A stretch of DNA of 63,478 nucleotides, filler included, from an uncultured Chlamydiae bacterium (GTDB lineage Bacteria; Chlamydiota; Chlamydiia; Chlamydiales; SM23-39), in the NCBI GenBank assembly GCA_937899275.1. It is 10 parts of 10 records of this genome, joined end to end, with 100 filler letters (N's around TTAATTAATTAA, not from the genome) between each part and the next. Parts side by side here need not be neighbours in the genome. Positions count along the whole stretch, not along the records: positions 33,139 to 46,529 come from CALBPE010000106.1; positions 46,630 to 55,355 come from CALBPE010000107.1; 8 more parts are not named here. One strand, given 5' to 3'. Position 1 is the first letter of the stretch; each line of letters starts with the position of its first letter. The translations under genes and the position numbers were made by a program. The notes under the pieces were generated by a model. That model was not told the origin of the DNA and made no database searches. It was given only the letters and a program-made list of their open reading frames with translations. Of the stretch, positions 40,681-49,936 are shown piece after piece.

Positions 40681-41865
40681 ATGTACTGGTTTTTGCTTTT
40701 TGGATCTATATGCACCTTTTTATCTGCATTTCAAATTGCTGTAGATGCGCGGGCTGCAATTGTGATTAATCCAGAAAATAATGCGGTGCTTTTTGAAAAA
40801 AAAGCAGACGATTTGCAGTTTCCAGCTAGTTTGACCAAAATTGCGACAGCGCTTTACGTAGTAGAAAAAGAAGGACTAGACTTCGAGAGGGAAATTTCCC
40901 CAAGCGAAGAGGCTTTGTATTCTGTACGAGGGGAGAAAAAACAAGCCAATTGGACGATCTACCCCTCCCATAGGCTAGAACATGATAGCACTGTGTTAGG
41001 ATTGCGGCCTGGTAAAAAACTCCCTTTATGGACCGCTTTTTACGGTATGCTGATTTGCTCTGCAAATGATTGCGCCAATGCTCTTGCAGAAAGTTATGGT
41101 AAATCTATCCCTGATTTTGTCGCCTCTATGAACCGTTATTTGCAAGAAATTGGATGTGAAAAAACCCATTTCACCAATCCTCACGGCTTACATCACCCAT
41201 CTCATGTGACAACAGCTAGAGAGCTTGCGTTAATTGCAAAAAAGGCGCTTTCCTATCCGGTATTTCAAGAGCCGTTTTCTGCTAAAGGCTTTGTCTATCA
41301 ACAAGTAGGGAAACAAGCGCGGCAAATTGAACATAAAAACCGCCTGGTTCTTCCCAATAGCAAGTTTTATTATCCTTCTGCTACCGGTGGGAAAAATGGA
41401 TATACTGAAGCTTCGCTCTACAGTCTTTTGGCCACTGCAAAACAAGGGGAAAGAGAGCTTCTTGTCGTGCTTTTAGGAGCTCCTTCAAAAGCCAAAAGTT
41501 TCGAAGAGGTAATCAAATTATTTGAGTCTGCCTTTAGTGAAGAAAAAGTCCAGTCGGTATTTGTAGAAAGAGCCTCTCTTTTTACCAAACCGTTAAAAAG
41601 AGATCATCGGAGCGTACAGGCCCGTTTGCAAGAAGATAGCATAGCTTGTTATTACCCCTCAGAAAAACCTAGAGATATCAAAGCGCAGATCCGTTGGGAT
41701 GAGCTCACTTTGCCTATAAAGCAAGGGGACCGTGTAGGTGAAATAGAGGTCATCTCTAAATGTGAGGTTTTGCAGAAAAAACCGCTTTATGCCGTTCGCA
41801 GCATCGATAAAACCTTTGGGCAAAAAGTCCGCTCTTTTCTAAGAAATCTTTTCTTTTTTCTTTAA
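40681..41865 (+). CDS. dacC: D-alanyl-D-alanine carboxypeptidase (PBP5/6 family)
   Basis: PASLTK (SxxK), SAND (SxN), FTNPHGL, GKNGYT (KTG-like). Confidence 0.92.
   Translation: MYWFLLFGSICTFLSAFQIAVDARAAIVINPENNAVLFEKKADDLQFPASLTKIATALYVVEKEGLDFEREISPSEEALYSVRGEKKQANWTIYPSHRLEHDSTVLGLRPGKKLPLWTAFYGMLICSANDCANALAESYGKSIPDFVASMNRYLQEIGCEKTHFTNPHGLHHPSHVTTARELALIAKKALSYPVFQEPFSAKGFVYQQVGKQARQIEHKNRLVLPNSKFYYPSATGGKNGYTEASLYSLLATAKQGERELLVVLLGAPSKAKSFEEVIKLFESAFSEEKVQSVFVERASLFTKPLKRDHRSVQARLQEDSIACYYPSEKPRDIKAQIRWDELTLPIKQGDRVGEIEVISKCEVLQKKPLYAVRSIDKTFGQKVRSFLRNLFFFL
41587..41756 (+). repeat. 170-bp direct repeat, copy 1 (inside dacC 3' region)
   Basis: Aligns without gaps to 42802-42971 with about 13 mismatches by manual count. 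Confidence 0.92.
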
Positions 41866-41974
41866 AAAGCGCAGATCTGTTATACTTTTCCGAGGGTAAT
41901 CTCTTGGAGAGCCGTTTTTTTGGACAAAAACGTAGGGTATTTGAGATAATACTGGCTAAATTTCAAAGGCCGCT

Positions 41975-42802
41975 ATGATTCCTGCAGATCAGCCTCCTAT
42001 TACAGAAGATATCCGAGATAGATTTTTGGGGTATAGTCGTTTTTTTCAGCAGGGCTGTACAAAGCACACAATCTGTCTTGTAGCTTGCGCAGCTTTGTCT
42101 GCTATCGCCTCTTTTACAGCTAATTATATGTCGTTTTTCTTTCCTAATCCAATTGCTGATGTGGTATTTGGTCTATCGTTTTCATTGGCAATGCCTACGT
42201 GTGTTTGGCTGCTATCCGAAGATACTAGCGCCGATATTACAAAGGCAATGCTCCTTTCTTTCGACGCATTGAGACTACGAGATGGGCGTACACATCCGCC
42301 AAAAGGATTCTTTCCTTCTTTTTCTTCTACAGAAAATGAGACGCGATATGTTCCAAGAGGAGCCAACGCTCCCAGGGATTTTTCGTACAGTGATTTTTGT
42401 CGTAATTGTAGCTGTATAAGTCTATATGGAAAACAGAGCCTTGCCTATCAACTTTGCTCATTGCAAAAAGTAGCTATTAGAGTAGCTATGGTTGCATCTG
42501 CCGCTTTGGGAGCGCTTGTTACCGTTTTAGCATTTAAGATAGTAACTCTTTCACCGCTAGGTATTGTCGGATTTTTATGTGCGCAGTTAGGTGCAGCTAT
42601 TATAGGTAAAGAGGCTTTTGTTCTTGCGACTGAAAATACGTATAACGTAATGTTACGAAATCCAGATCTTTTTTTTCGTGACACGGACTCTATCAAGACA
42701 AAAGATGTGGAGGATCGCGTGCATCCTCACCTCTATAAAGATTTGTATATCACGCCTCTTTTTTTGCCAAATTTTTGGCCCACTCTCGCGGTCTTCCAGT
42801 GA
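41975..42802 (+). CDS. Hypothetical membrane protein with two bilobed hydrophobic domains (Inc-like)
   Basis: Two 45-50 aa hydrophobic hairpins (TICLVAC...CVWLL and VAIRVAM...GAAII); no signal peptide. Confidence 0.6.
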   Translation: MIPADQPPITEDIRDRFLGYSRFFQQGCTKHTICLVACAALSAIASFTANYMSFFFPNPIADVVFGLSFSLAMPTCVWLLSEDTSADITKAMLLSFDALRLRDGRTHPPKGFFPSFSSTENETRYVPRGANAPRDFSYSDFCRNCSCISLYGKQSLAYQLCSLQKVAIRVAMVASAALGALVTVLAFKIVTLSPLGIVGFLCAQLGAAIIGKEAFVLATENTYNVMLRNPDLFFRDTDSIKTKDVEDRVHPHLYKDLYITPLFLPNFWPTLAVFQ

Positions 42803-42971
42803 AACCGTTAAAAGAAGACCATCGGAGCGTATAGGCCCGCTTGCAAGAAGATATCATAGCTTGTTATTACCCCTCAGAAAAATCTCGAGATATCAAAGCG
42901 CAGATCCGTTGCGATGAGCTTACTTTGCCTATAAAGCAAGGTGACCGTGTAGGGAAAATAGAGGTCATCTC
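42802..42971 (+). repeat. 170-bp direct repeat, copy 2 (degenerate dacC fragment)
   Basis: Diverged copy of 41587-41756; contains a TAG in the dacC frame. Confidence 0.92.
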
Positions 42972-42980
42972 GCGGCAAGC

Positions 42981-43690
42981 TTGGTCGAAAAAGGGCGGTA
43001 TGCAATGAGAGCTATTTCCGAAGCTCTATAGGTCTCTTAGGTCTTTTGATCAGGCCTTGCTAAGAAAAAAAGGCTGCGTTCTAAGATCTACAAAAAAGAG
43101 GATCAAGAACTAGTAGATGAAATCAAGACTATCCCATCTAAAAGGCCCACTTATAGATACAGAAGGGTAACCGCCATGCTCACTCCCTCAAAAGCAAAAG
43201 AGATCCTCTTGTGGGCTGCAAGAGGATCTATCGAGTCATGAAGCAGCACCGGATCCTACTAAAAAAAAGCTCTTACCGGGGGAAACCATCGCAATGAATA
43301 TCCTCTGGTGCATGTAGCGTTCTCAATCGACGCATGCGATAGACAAATTTTGAGGCCATCAGAGATCTGATGTTGGAAAGCGTGGAGTATAGAACAGGAA
43401 AAAACCGGTTAACCACACGAGTCCAATAGCTACCGGATAATGGAAGTTGTTATACAGCCAAAGATACCGTCCGTTTTGGCAGAGGCCTGGGCCTAGAAAT
43501 CTGCACAACTCCGGCGTATAGTCCAGAGAATAACGGGATCTCAGAAGGGTTTCTTACAACGTGTAAAAAAGACTATGTATGGCCAAATGACATCTCAAAT
43601 GCTAAAGTGGCCATGGAAAAACTAGATGAATAGAAGTCGTTAAAAATGCTCTCACTAAGAGAATAGTGTAGGAGAGTATATAGAAAAAAC
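42981..43690 (+). mobile_element. Degenerate IS3-family (IS2-like) transposase remnant
   Basis: Fragments DQELVDEIKTIPSKRPTYRYRRVTAML, KRIYRVMKQH, FSIDACDRQI, Q*LPDNGSCYTA, TTPAYSPENNGISEGF and KKDYV, broken by stops and frameshifts. Ends approximate. Confidence 0.85.
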
Positions 43691-43702
43691 GAAGTTAGCA
43701 GG

Positions 43703-46432
43703 TTAGCCGCCCTCTTCATTTCTAAGAGTCTGCATGATAGAGAATAAGGCCTGAAAGAGTTCCGTATATGGGTTACCCTCTATATCAGGATTGTCTTTTT
43801 GTAAAGTGTATGTATGACATTTGCTCATTAAGCATGTACATTTTTGTGTATGATCATCTGTTTTTTCTATAGCTGTAAGTAACGCATTTTCTGCCAATCT
43901 TAAAATAAAATTGGGGCTCGTGCTTTGAGATTGTGTAATTTGAACGTGAAGTTGATTGTGATCCTTGTAACATAGCCGTGGGTCGTCTACAGGTTGTATA
44001 ACTTTTAAGTTTGCGATATTGCGATTCAGTTGAAGCTGCGATTTCTGTGTCCATTGCCTTCTCCCTATTGTAAAGCAGTGTCTGAGTTCCCTTCCTTTTG
44101 GTTTACGTGAATGAATTTTTACTTTTTCTTCGATCGTATTCTCGATATCATGTCGTTTTTTCCGACTCGCCTCGCTACAAAATTTTTCCTGGAATTTTTC
44201 TACGAATTCTTTTCGTGTAAGACACGTTTTATCTATTCCTCCACATGTCGCAAAAGGCACAAGCGCCTCTAACTGCTCTTCCGGTGGTATATGGTTTCTT
44301 CGATTGTTAATATAATTTTTGTCGGTACACTGAATAAAGATCTTCACAGCCTCTGGGTCTTGCTTTTGAATAGCTAATCGGATCCCTGCAGTACAGTGCA
44401 AAGAAAGATCTGAACCTTTTGTAAAGAACCCTACCAGACTCTGATACGATTTAATCTCATCACGCTCCATCTCTCTTTCTAATAGAGCTTTCATAGCTGC
44501 TCCATCTGTAAGCTTTTGATCGTTTTGAAAGCAATCTAATAAATCTTCCGGAATCGTTTTGAGCGGAACTATTCCGTGTTGCTGTCCATTACCAATATTT
44601 TTCCTAGCGGGTGCGTTAAATATTCCCTCATCCAAAATTTGATAAAATCCGATTGTCTGTTTTGCGTGATCTTTGAAATCTTTTAGATTCTTAGCATCAT
44701 CATCATCTATGGCCGGTTGAAAGGCGTCCAATACCTTTTGAAGAGCGTCAGGGGAGGTTCCATTTCGTAATAAAATCAAAATCGGATCGTAATTATGAAT
44801 CCCGCCTCCATACGACATATCGATAATGGTCTGAATGAAATTAGTTGATGGCGTAAAGCCCTTTGATAGTGCATATTTTAGCGGGCCAGTTACTACCGAA
44901 TCAAGGTATGGGCTATCTTTTATATACTGAGAAACAAAGTGTTCTAGTTCTGTTGCCTGATGTTTCTGCCTATAATCAAAAACAATCTTAAATCCTGGTG
45001 TAGACTCCTTCGCACACAAATATTTTCCGCCGAATGCGTCAGGAAAATATGGTAAAAGCAGTGCAAGCATATTATAGCAGATTGTCTCATGCCTTTTAGG
45101 ATGTAAAACATCAACAAGCTGTTCAGAGTCTAGATTCGATGGATTGTCGATTTGTGTTAATAGAAATTCTAATATTTTTTCATCGTTCTTTTGAATTGCA
45201 CTATTGATAAAAGATATATGCAGTTTTAATTTATTTTTGAAAAGATATTTTACAAAATCTAGGCGCAATTTCAGATCGCTTATATTAAATACAAGAGGAA
45301 ATGGATATGTAAAATTGGTTTCTAATTTTATAGCGGTATTTTCTTGTATGAGCATCCTTAAAAACACCGCATTTTTTTGTACGTGTTTCTTTTGAATCAA
45401 TTCCCTGAGGAATCTTTCTTGTGCAGAAAAGCTGTTTTTGAAAAAGGCAAGAGCCATGGGGTGACGTATATCTAAGTTTTCTATAGATAAAATATCTGTG
45501 CTAAATAGACTTTCAACCGGCTCATTTCGCTCTTTTAAGCTGAATTGTGTCAGTAGATGAAATATTTCCCAAGAGTCCTTACCTTGAGTAATATTGTCTA
45601 TAACTTTTGCTAATGCAGCTTTTTCTACTTGCTGCCGCTCGTCTTTGCTTGGATGATTTTTTGCTTTAGCTAGCATGTAGTTTATAAGATCTACATGCCC
45701 CTTTTCTGCAGCGATTACAAGAGGGGAGTTTTCAGGAGTTTTTGTAATGGGGGAAATTCCCTTATAGAGCATATAATCTGCAATGTAGTTACGTATATCT
45801 AGGTTTTCTATAGGTAAAATATGCGTGCTAAATAGACTTTCAACTGGCTCATTTGGCTCCTCTAAGCTGGCTTGTATCAGTCGATGAAATATTTCCCAAG
45901 AGCCCTCACCTTGAATAATCTTATGTATGACTTTTTCTAATGCAGCTTTTTCTACTTGCTGCCGCTCGTCTTTGCTTGGATGATTTTTTGCTTTAGCTAG
46001 CATGTAGTTTATAAGATCTACATGCCCCTTTTCTGCAGCGATTACAAGAGGGGAGTTTTCAGGAGTTTTTGTAATGGGGGAAACTCCCTTGTAGAGCATA
46101 TAACGCGCAATATCATAATGTTCTTTTCCCATTGCCCTCTGGAGAAGTGCAGTTTTTTCTGTTTTAAAAGAAAAAATGGAATACACAAGTAAAGAGATCT
46201 TAGCGGTGAGTTTCAGGTTATAATTAACGCTGGTTTTGAGCATGTATGTGCTTTTAAAGCAGCAGTCCGTAGCAGCTACAAGGGCGGAAGCAGGAGCTAA
46301 AATTATTTCTATCAACTGGACTGCATATGCGGCTATTCTCTTGGTAAAATCCTGAAACGAAGAGATTTTGTTCGGTTCAAAGTAGATTTCTTTCACACCG
46401 ATTTCAGGGGGATTTGGTAGAATAGTTGGCAT
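43703..46432 (-). CDS. Large ankyrin-repeat protein, effector-like
   Basis: TALLQRAMGKEHYDIARYML and SPLVIAAEKGHVDLINYML (twice); visibly AT-richer than its neighbours. Confidence 0.8.
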   Translation of the reverse strand: MPTILPNPPEIGVKEIYFEPNKISSFQDFTKRIAAYAVQLIEIILAPASALVAATDCCFKSTYMLKTSVNYNLKLTAKISLLVYSIFSFKTEKTALLQRAMGKEHYDIARYMLYKGVSPITKTPENSPLVIAAEKGHVDLINYMLAKAKNHPSKDERQQVEKAALEKVIHKIIQGEGSWEIFHRLIQASLEEPNEPVESLFSTHILPIENLDIRNYIADYMLYKGISPITKTPENSPLVIAAEKGHVDLINYMLAKAKNHPSKDERQQVEKAALAKVIDNITQGKDSWEIFHLLTQFSLKERNEPVESLFSTDILSIENLDIRHPMALAFFKNSFSAQERFLRELIQKKHVQKNAVFLRMLIQENTAIKLETNFTYPFPLVFNISDLKLRLDFVKYLFKNKLKLHISFINSAIQKNDEKILEFLLTQIDNPSNLDSEQLVDVLHPKRHETICYNMLALLLPYFPDAFGGKYLCAKESTPGFKIVFDYRQKHQATELEHFVSQYIKDSPYLDSVVTGPLKYALSKGFTPSTNFIQTIIDMSYGGGIHNYDPILILLRNGTSPDALQKVLDAFQPAIDDDDAKNLKDFKDHAKQTIGFYQILDEGIFNAPARKNIGNGQQHGIVPLKTIPEDLLDCFQNDQKLTDGAAMKALLEREMERDEIKSYQSLVGFFTKGSDLSLHCTAGIRLAIQKQDPEAVKIFIQCTDKNYINNRRNHIPPEEQLEALVPFATCGGIDKTCLTRKEFVEKFQEKFCSEASRKKRHDIENTIEEKVKIHSRKPKGRELRHCFTIGRRQWTQKSQLQLNRNIANLKVIQPVDDPRLCYKDHNQLHVQITQSQSTSPNFILRLAENALLTAIEKTDDHTQKCTCLMSKCHTYTLQKDNPDIEGNPYTELFQALFSIMQTLRNEEGG
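45464..46103. repeat. Intragenic tandem duplication, period 327 bp (109 aa)
   Basis: 45464-45776 versus 45791-46103; 45610-45756 is identical to 45937-46083. Confidence 0.93.
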
Positions 46433-46529
46433 AAACAAAAGTTTTTAAAATAAATTCACTATCATTATGAATGTTTTTTCACAAAAAGTGAATAAAGAAA
46501 TATAATTTTATATAGATACTATTGACCTA

Positions 46530-46629
46530 NNNNNNNNNNNNNNNNNNNNNNNNNNNNNNNNNNNNNNNNNNNNTTAATTAATTAANNNNNNNNNNNNNNN
46601 NNNNNNNNNNNNNNNNNNNNNNNNNNNNN
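46530..46629. other. Artificial contig-joining linker
   Basis: N-TTAATTAATTAA-N spacer. Confidence 0.98.
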
Positions 46630-46631
46630 GT

Positions 46632-46805
46632 CTGAGTAAGAAGTCTGTCTTCCCAGCTCCTGTGGGCGCTGTGACCAAAGTATATCCTTTGGAGCAGGGC
46701 GCCTATTACTATTCTATTGAAGCGCAGCCCACCTGCGCAACAATAGATCGTTTAGATACGGTATTTGTACTTCCTAAATTAAGCTCATCATCTATGCAAG
46801 AATAG
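46632..46805 (+). CDS. C-terminal fragment resembling MreC
   Basis: Manual translation LSKKSVFPAPVGAVTKVYPLEQGAYYYSIEAQPTCATIDRLDTVFVLP resembles the MreC FP..VG.V...P....L..V.V tail. Confidence 0.5.
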   Translation: MSKKSVFPAPVGAVTKVYPLEQGAYYYSIEAQPTCATIDRLDTVFVLPKLSSSSMQE

Positions 46806-47859
46806 AAAACACCGCTTTTTTTATCTCTTCTAATGGTAGATCTTTTCCAAAAGCTAGGTGGTATAGATCATTTTGTGCCTGTTTTTTTTCTTTGCTCCAA
46901 GACGCGATATGCTGGTCTATCGTTGGATAGATATCTTCTTGGTTTTCTGGTAAAACGATCCCGAATGCATGAAGATTTTTCGTGGAGGCGCTTTTTTTCT
47001 TATCGAAAAAAAACATGGGTTTTTCAAAAAACAACATATCATATCCAATAGAAGAAAAGTCTCCAATATAGCCATCCACTGCATCTAAAAGAGGGTAAAT
47101 ACAAGGGAAGTCTTCGATAGAGACCGTCCCCTTGGGTAAAGGGTCTGGCATCGAGGCAAAAAATAGCGCAGGATCTTTTACTTTGAGTAAGGGGTGGGGT
47201 TTGATGATTAGGTTGTAATTATCGGGAAGGCAGGCGATTAGTCCCTGAATCTTCTCAAAAAATGAGGTGAGACTCTCCCGATCATTCCAAGTAGGTGCAT
47301 ATAAAAGCGTGTACTTTCTTTTAGGTAGTTTGGATAGAACTTCGCTTTTCACCTTTTCTTCATAGAGGGGGTGGTATTTTTTATAAAAAGATGCTCTATA
47401 ATTCCCTGTAACTGCGTAGGGAGGTATATCTTTTAGGTGCCCCTGCTTTTCTAAAAGGTTGATCATATGTTGACCGTAAACAAGCGCCCGATCTTGCTTG
47501 GTAATGCCTGTTAAGATTTTTGGATTTTCATAACCCTTATCAGAGTTTCCGTGGTGGCAGTAGACAAAACGTATAGGCCGGTCTTCTAATTGTGCAAAGT
47601 ATTTGATGATAGAGGCCGTCCAAAATGTACATTGAAATAATGCATCGTAAGATCTTGCAATCGCCTCGTAAGATAGCGTTGAATAGTCTTGATAGATCGC
47701 TTGCACCATAGGATACAACGTGGTAGTCAGGCGGTAGTTATCCTCTTCTGTGATGAGTAAGGGGATATCTAATGTGTACGCTAAAGGAGCGATATGATCG
47801 ATTAAACGGTTATCATAACCGAGTAAAAGAGCGAGCGCTTGCAGCGGTTTTTTATCGAT
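46792..47859 (-). CDS. CDP-glycerol glycerophosphotransferase (TagB/TagF-like) family protein, paralog 3
   Basis: HHGNSDK, VTGNYR, LYAPTW, IKPHP, IGDFSSIGYD. Frame extends upstream through LIDHIAPL to ATC at 47859. Confidence 0.75.
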   Translation of the reverse strand: MDKKPLQALALLLGYDNRLIDHIAPLAYTLDIPLLITEEDNYRLTTTLYPMVQAIYQDYSTLSYEAIARSYDALFQCTFWTASIIKYFAQLEDRPIRFVYCHHGNSDKGYENPKILTGITKQDRALVYGQHMINLLEKQGHLKDIPPYAVTGNYRASFYKKYHPLYEEKVKSEVLSKLPKRKYTLLYAPTWNDRESLTSFFEKIQGLIACLPDNYNLIIKPHPLLKVKDPALFFASMPDPLPKGTVSIEDFPCIYPLLDAVDGYIGDFSSIGYDMLFFEKPMFFFDKKKSASTKNLHAFGIVLPENQEDIYPTIDQHIASWSKEKKQAQNDLYHLAFGKDLPLEEIKKAVFSILA

Positions 47860-48910
47860 AAAATACCTCTTTTATCTGGTGTTGCAGCGTTTTTTTTATT
47901 TCATCAAAAGAGGTTTTTGTTCCAAACACTTCTTCGGCAGTTTTTTTTCGAATCGCCCGCTTCTCTATTGTTTCTTTTTCGTAGTCTAAAAGAAGGCGTA
48001 CAGCTTCTTTTGGATTGTGGAGAAAAAGCCTTTGCCCGCATCGATGTAAAGGCCATTTTTCTAGGGAAATTTCTGGGGGAAAATAGAAAAAAAGGGGTTT
48101 ATCCAGCAGCAAAAAATCGTATCCTAGAGAAGAGGCATCTCCTAAAAAACAGGTTGCTTTTTGTAACAGAGGATAGGTAGGCGTGCATCCATCTATTACG
48201 GTAACCGACGGGTGGTCTTTACTTTTTTCTATCAGCCGGTAGACTTGAGATATATCCTTCTTTTTTTGCCAGGGATGGAGTTTGATTAAAATAGAAAATT
48301 CCTTTGCTGCATAGCGAAAAAGAAACGACTCTAACGAGTGTAAAGAAGAGGGAAAAGAGCCTACGCTCCAGCTAGGAGCAAATAGTAAAAGCGGCTTTTT
48401 TTTATCGATTTTGGAAAAGAATTTTGCTGCTTTTATATCAAAAAATGCCTGGTGCTTTTGATAGAATAAATAACGCAGGTTGCTCATAAAAAAAAGATTT
48501 TTATCGATGCCTTCTTCCTGCAGCTCTTTTTGCATTTTCGGGCCGTAGATAAGGGTAAGGGCGTTATGTTGGTAGTCTTGCCAAGTGCTACAAGCGGAGG
48601 GCTTATCAGAGTATCCATGGGGGGTAAATAGCAGCCTAAGAGCGCTTTTTTTTGCAAAAGGATGCGCGTGTAAGAGTTTTTTCGGCCAAGGGAAGCTGTG
48701 TATTGCAATATCTACGTTTCGCGTAAGGTAAAAAGGGCCGAGCTCATGCGGCGCTACATACCTGCAGAAAATATCTGGGTAGCTCTGCTTTATTAACGCG
48801 ATTTCCTCTTTTTCACTCGATAAGAATTCTGCAGAAAAAGCTGCGCATAAAGGAGCTAAATGATCGATATGATGAGGGCATTGTAAACGGGAAATCGCAG
48901 CAATTTTCAA
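47852..48910 (-). CDS. CDP-glycerol glycerophosphotransferase (TagB/TagF-like) family protein, paralog 2
   Basis: HIDHLAPL, PHGYSDK, LFAPSW, IKLHP, LGDASSLGYD. TTG at 48910 overlaps the upstream TGA. Confidence 0.75.
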   Translation of the reverse strand: MKIAAISRLQCPHHIDHLAPLCAAFSAEFLSSEKEEIALIKQSYPDIFCRYVAPHELGPFYLTRNVDIAIHSFPWPKKLLHAHPFAKKSALRLLFTPHGYSDKPSACSTWQDYQHNALTLIYGPKMQKELQEEGIDKNLFFMSNLRYLFYQKHQAFFDIKAAKFFSKIDKKKPLLLFAPSWSVGSFPSSLHSLESFLFRYAAKEFSILIKLHPWQKKKDISQVYRLIEKSKDHPSVTVIDGCTPTYPLLQKATCFLGDASSLGYDFLLLDKPLFFYFPPEISLEKWPLHRCGQRLFLHNPKEAVRLLLDYEKETIEKRAIRKKTAEEVFGTKTSFDEIKKTLQHQIKEVFYR

Positions 48911-49887
48911 GAAAAACACCTCGCCTGAAGCCACTGCATCAGCTCTTCAATAGATACCTTAGGATGAAATACCTCGTTTTGCGCAGCTTTTTTTATTGGA
49001 GCGCTATTTTCTTGTAGCTGCTGTTTGATTCTTTGCATGTCGAGTTTATTTCTAATAGCATAAAGGGGCTGATTTTCTTTCTCCGTTACAATAAAATGAG
49101 GCTTATTATAGGCTAACGCGTCGTATCCAACCGACGAGCTATCACCGATATAACCTTGGCAAGTAGAAACAAATGGCAAGACAATAGGGATGTTTTCCAA
49201 AAAAGTGATCTGATCTTTATACCGCTCTTTCCAAAGAAGAAGCTCCACCCACCGCTTTTTCCACGTGTTGGGATGCAGCTTCACCACAAGGGTAAGGTCT
49301 TTAGGAAAATGGGTAAAAAAGCGCTCTCCTTGTGCTAACGAAAAACTGTTTTCATAGTCTTCCCAGGTAGGTGCGTAGAAAAAAAAGGGACGCTCTAGTA
49401 GATGAGGTAGATTTTTTTGCATCCATTTTTGGTAAAATAGCGCTTTATTTTCGTAATACAATTTTCGGTAGTTACCAGTTACAAAATACGCATTTTTTAG
49501 AGGGTGAAAACCGAGGCGATCTACCATCTGTTTTCCATAGACCAAAAAAGAGGATTCTTCTTGAAGAGCGGATAGGTTATTTTTATCCGATTGGCCGTGG
49601 GGACAAAAGACCAATTTTTTAGACGAGGCATCTTCCCCTAGAAAGGGTAGGGCGCTTTTTGCCATTTTTTTTGGCATGCAGGTAACTACGACGTCGCATG
49701 TTGTTAAAATAGGCGCGTGTATATTCGGCGCCCATACGGTTTTTACGGTGGGATAAAACTCCTCTACTAGTTTTTCTACATCCACATCTGTCGTGACCAA
49801 AGGGATATCTAGAAGATCTGCCAAAGGGGCTAAATGATCGAGGTAGTGTAGATCTTTTTCTCCTAAGAAACAGGCAATTTTTTTCAT
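48907..49887 (-). CDS. CDP-glycerol glycerophosphotransferase (TagB/TagF-like) family protein, paralog 1
   Basis: YLDHLAPL, PHGQSDK, VTGNYR, FYAPTW, VKLHP, IGDSSSVGYD. Confidence 0.75.
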   Translation of the reverse strand: MKKIACFLGEKDLHYLDHLAPLADLLDIPLVTTDVDVEKLVEEFYPTVKTVWAPNIHAPILTTCDVVVTCMPKKMAKSALPFLGEDASSKKLVFCPHGQSDKNNLSALQEESSFLVYGKQMVDRLGFHPLKNAYFVTGNYRKLYYENKALFYQKWMQKNLPHLLERPFFFYAPTWEDYENSFSLAQGERFFTHFPKDLTLVVKLHPNTWKKRWVELLLWKERYKDQITFLENIPIVLPFVSTCQGYIGDSSSVGYDALAYNKPHFIVTEKENQPLYAIRNKLDMQRIKQQLQENSAPIKKAAQNEVFHPKVSIEELMQWLQARCFS

Positions 49888-49936
49888 GGAATATCGGTGA
49901 TTTGGTATAGTGCTCTAAAAGCAATTTCCTCAAATT

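Noticed and set aside
42678..42917. 79-aa ORF over the repeat
   Set aside because: Spurious frame across the end of the Inc-like gene and the degenerate dacC copy.
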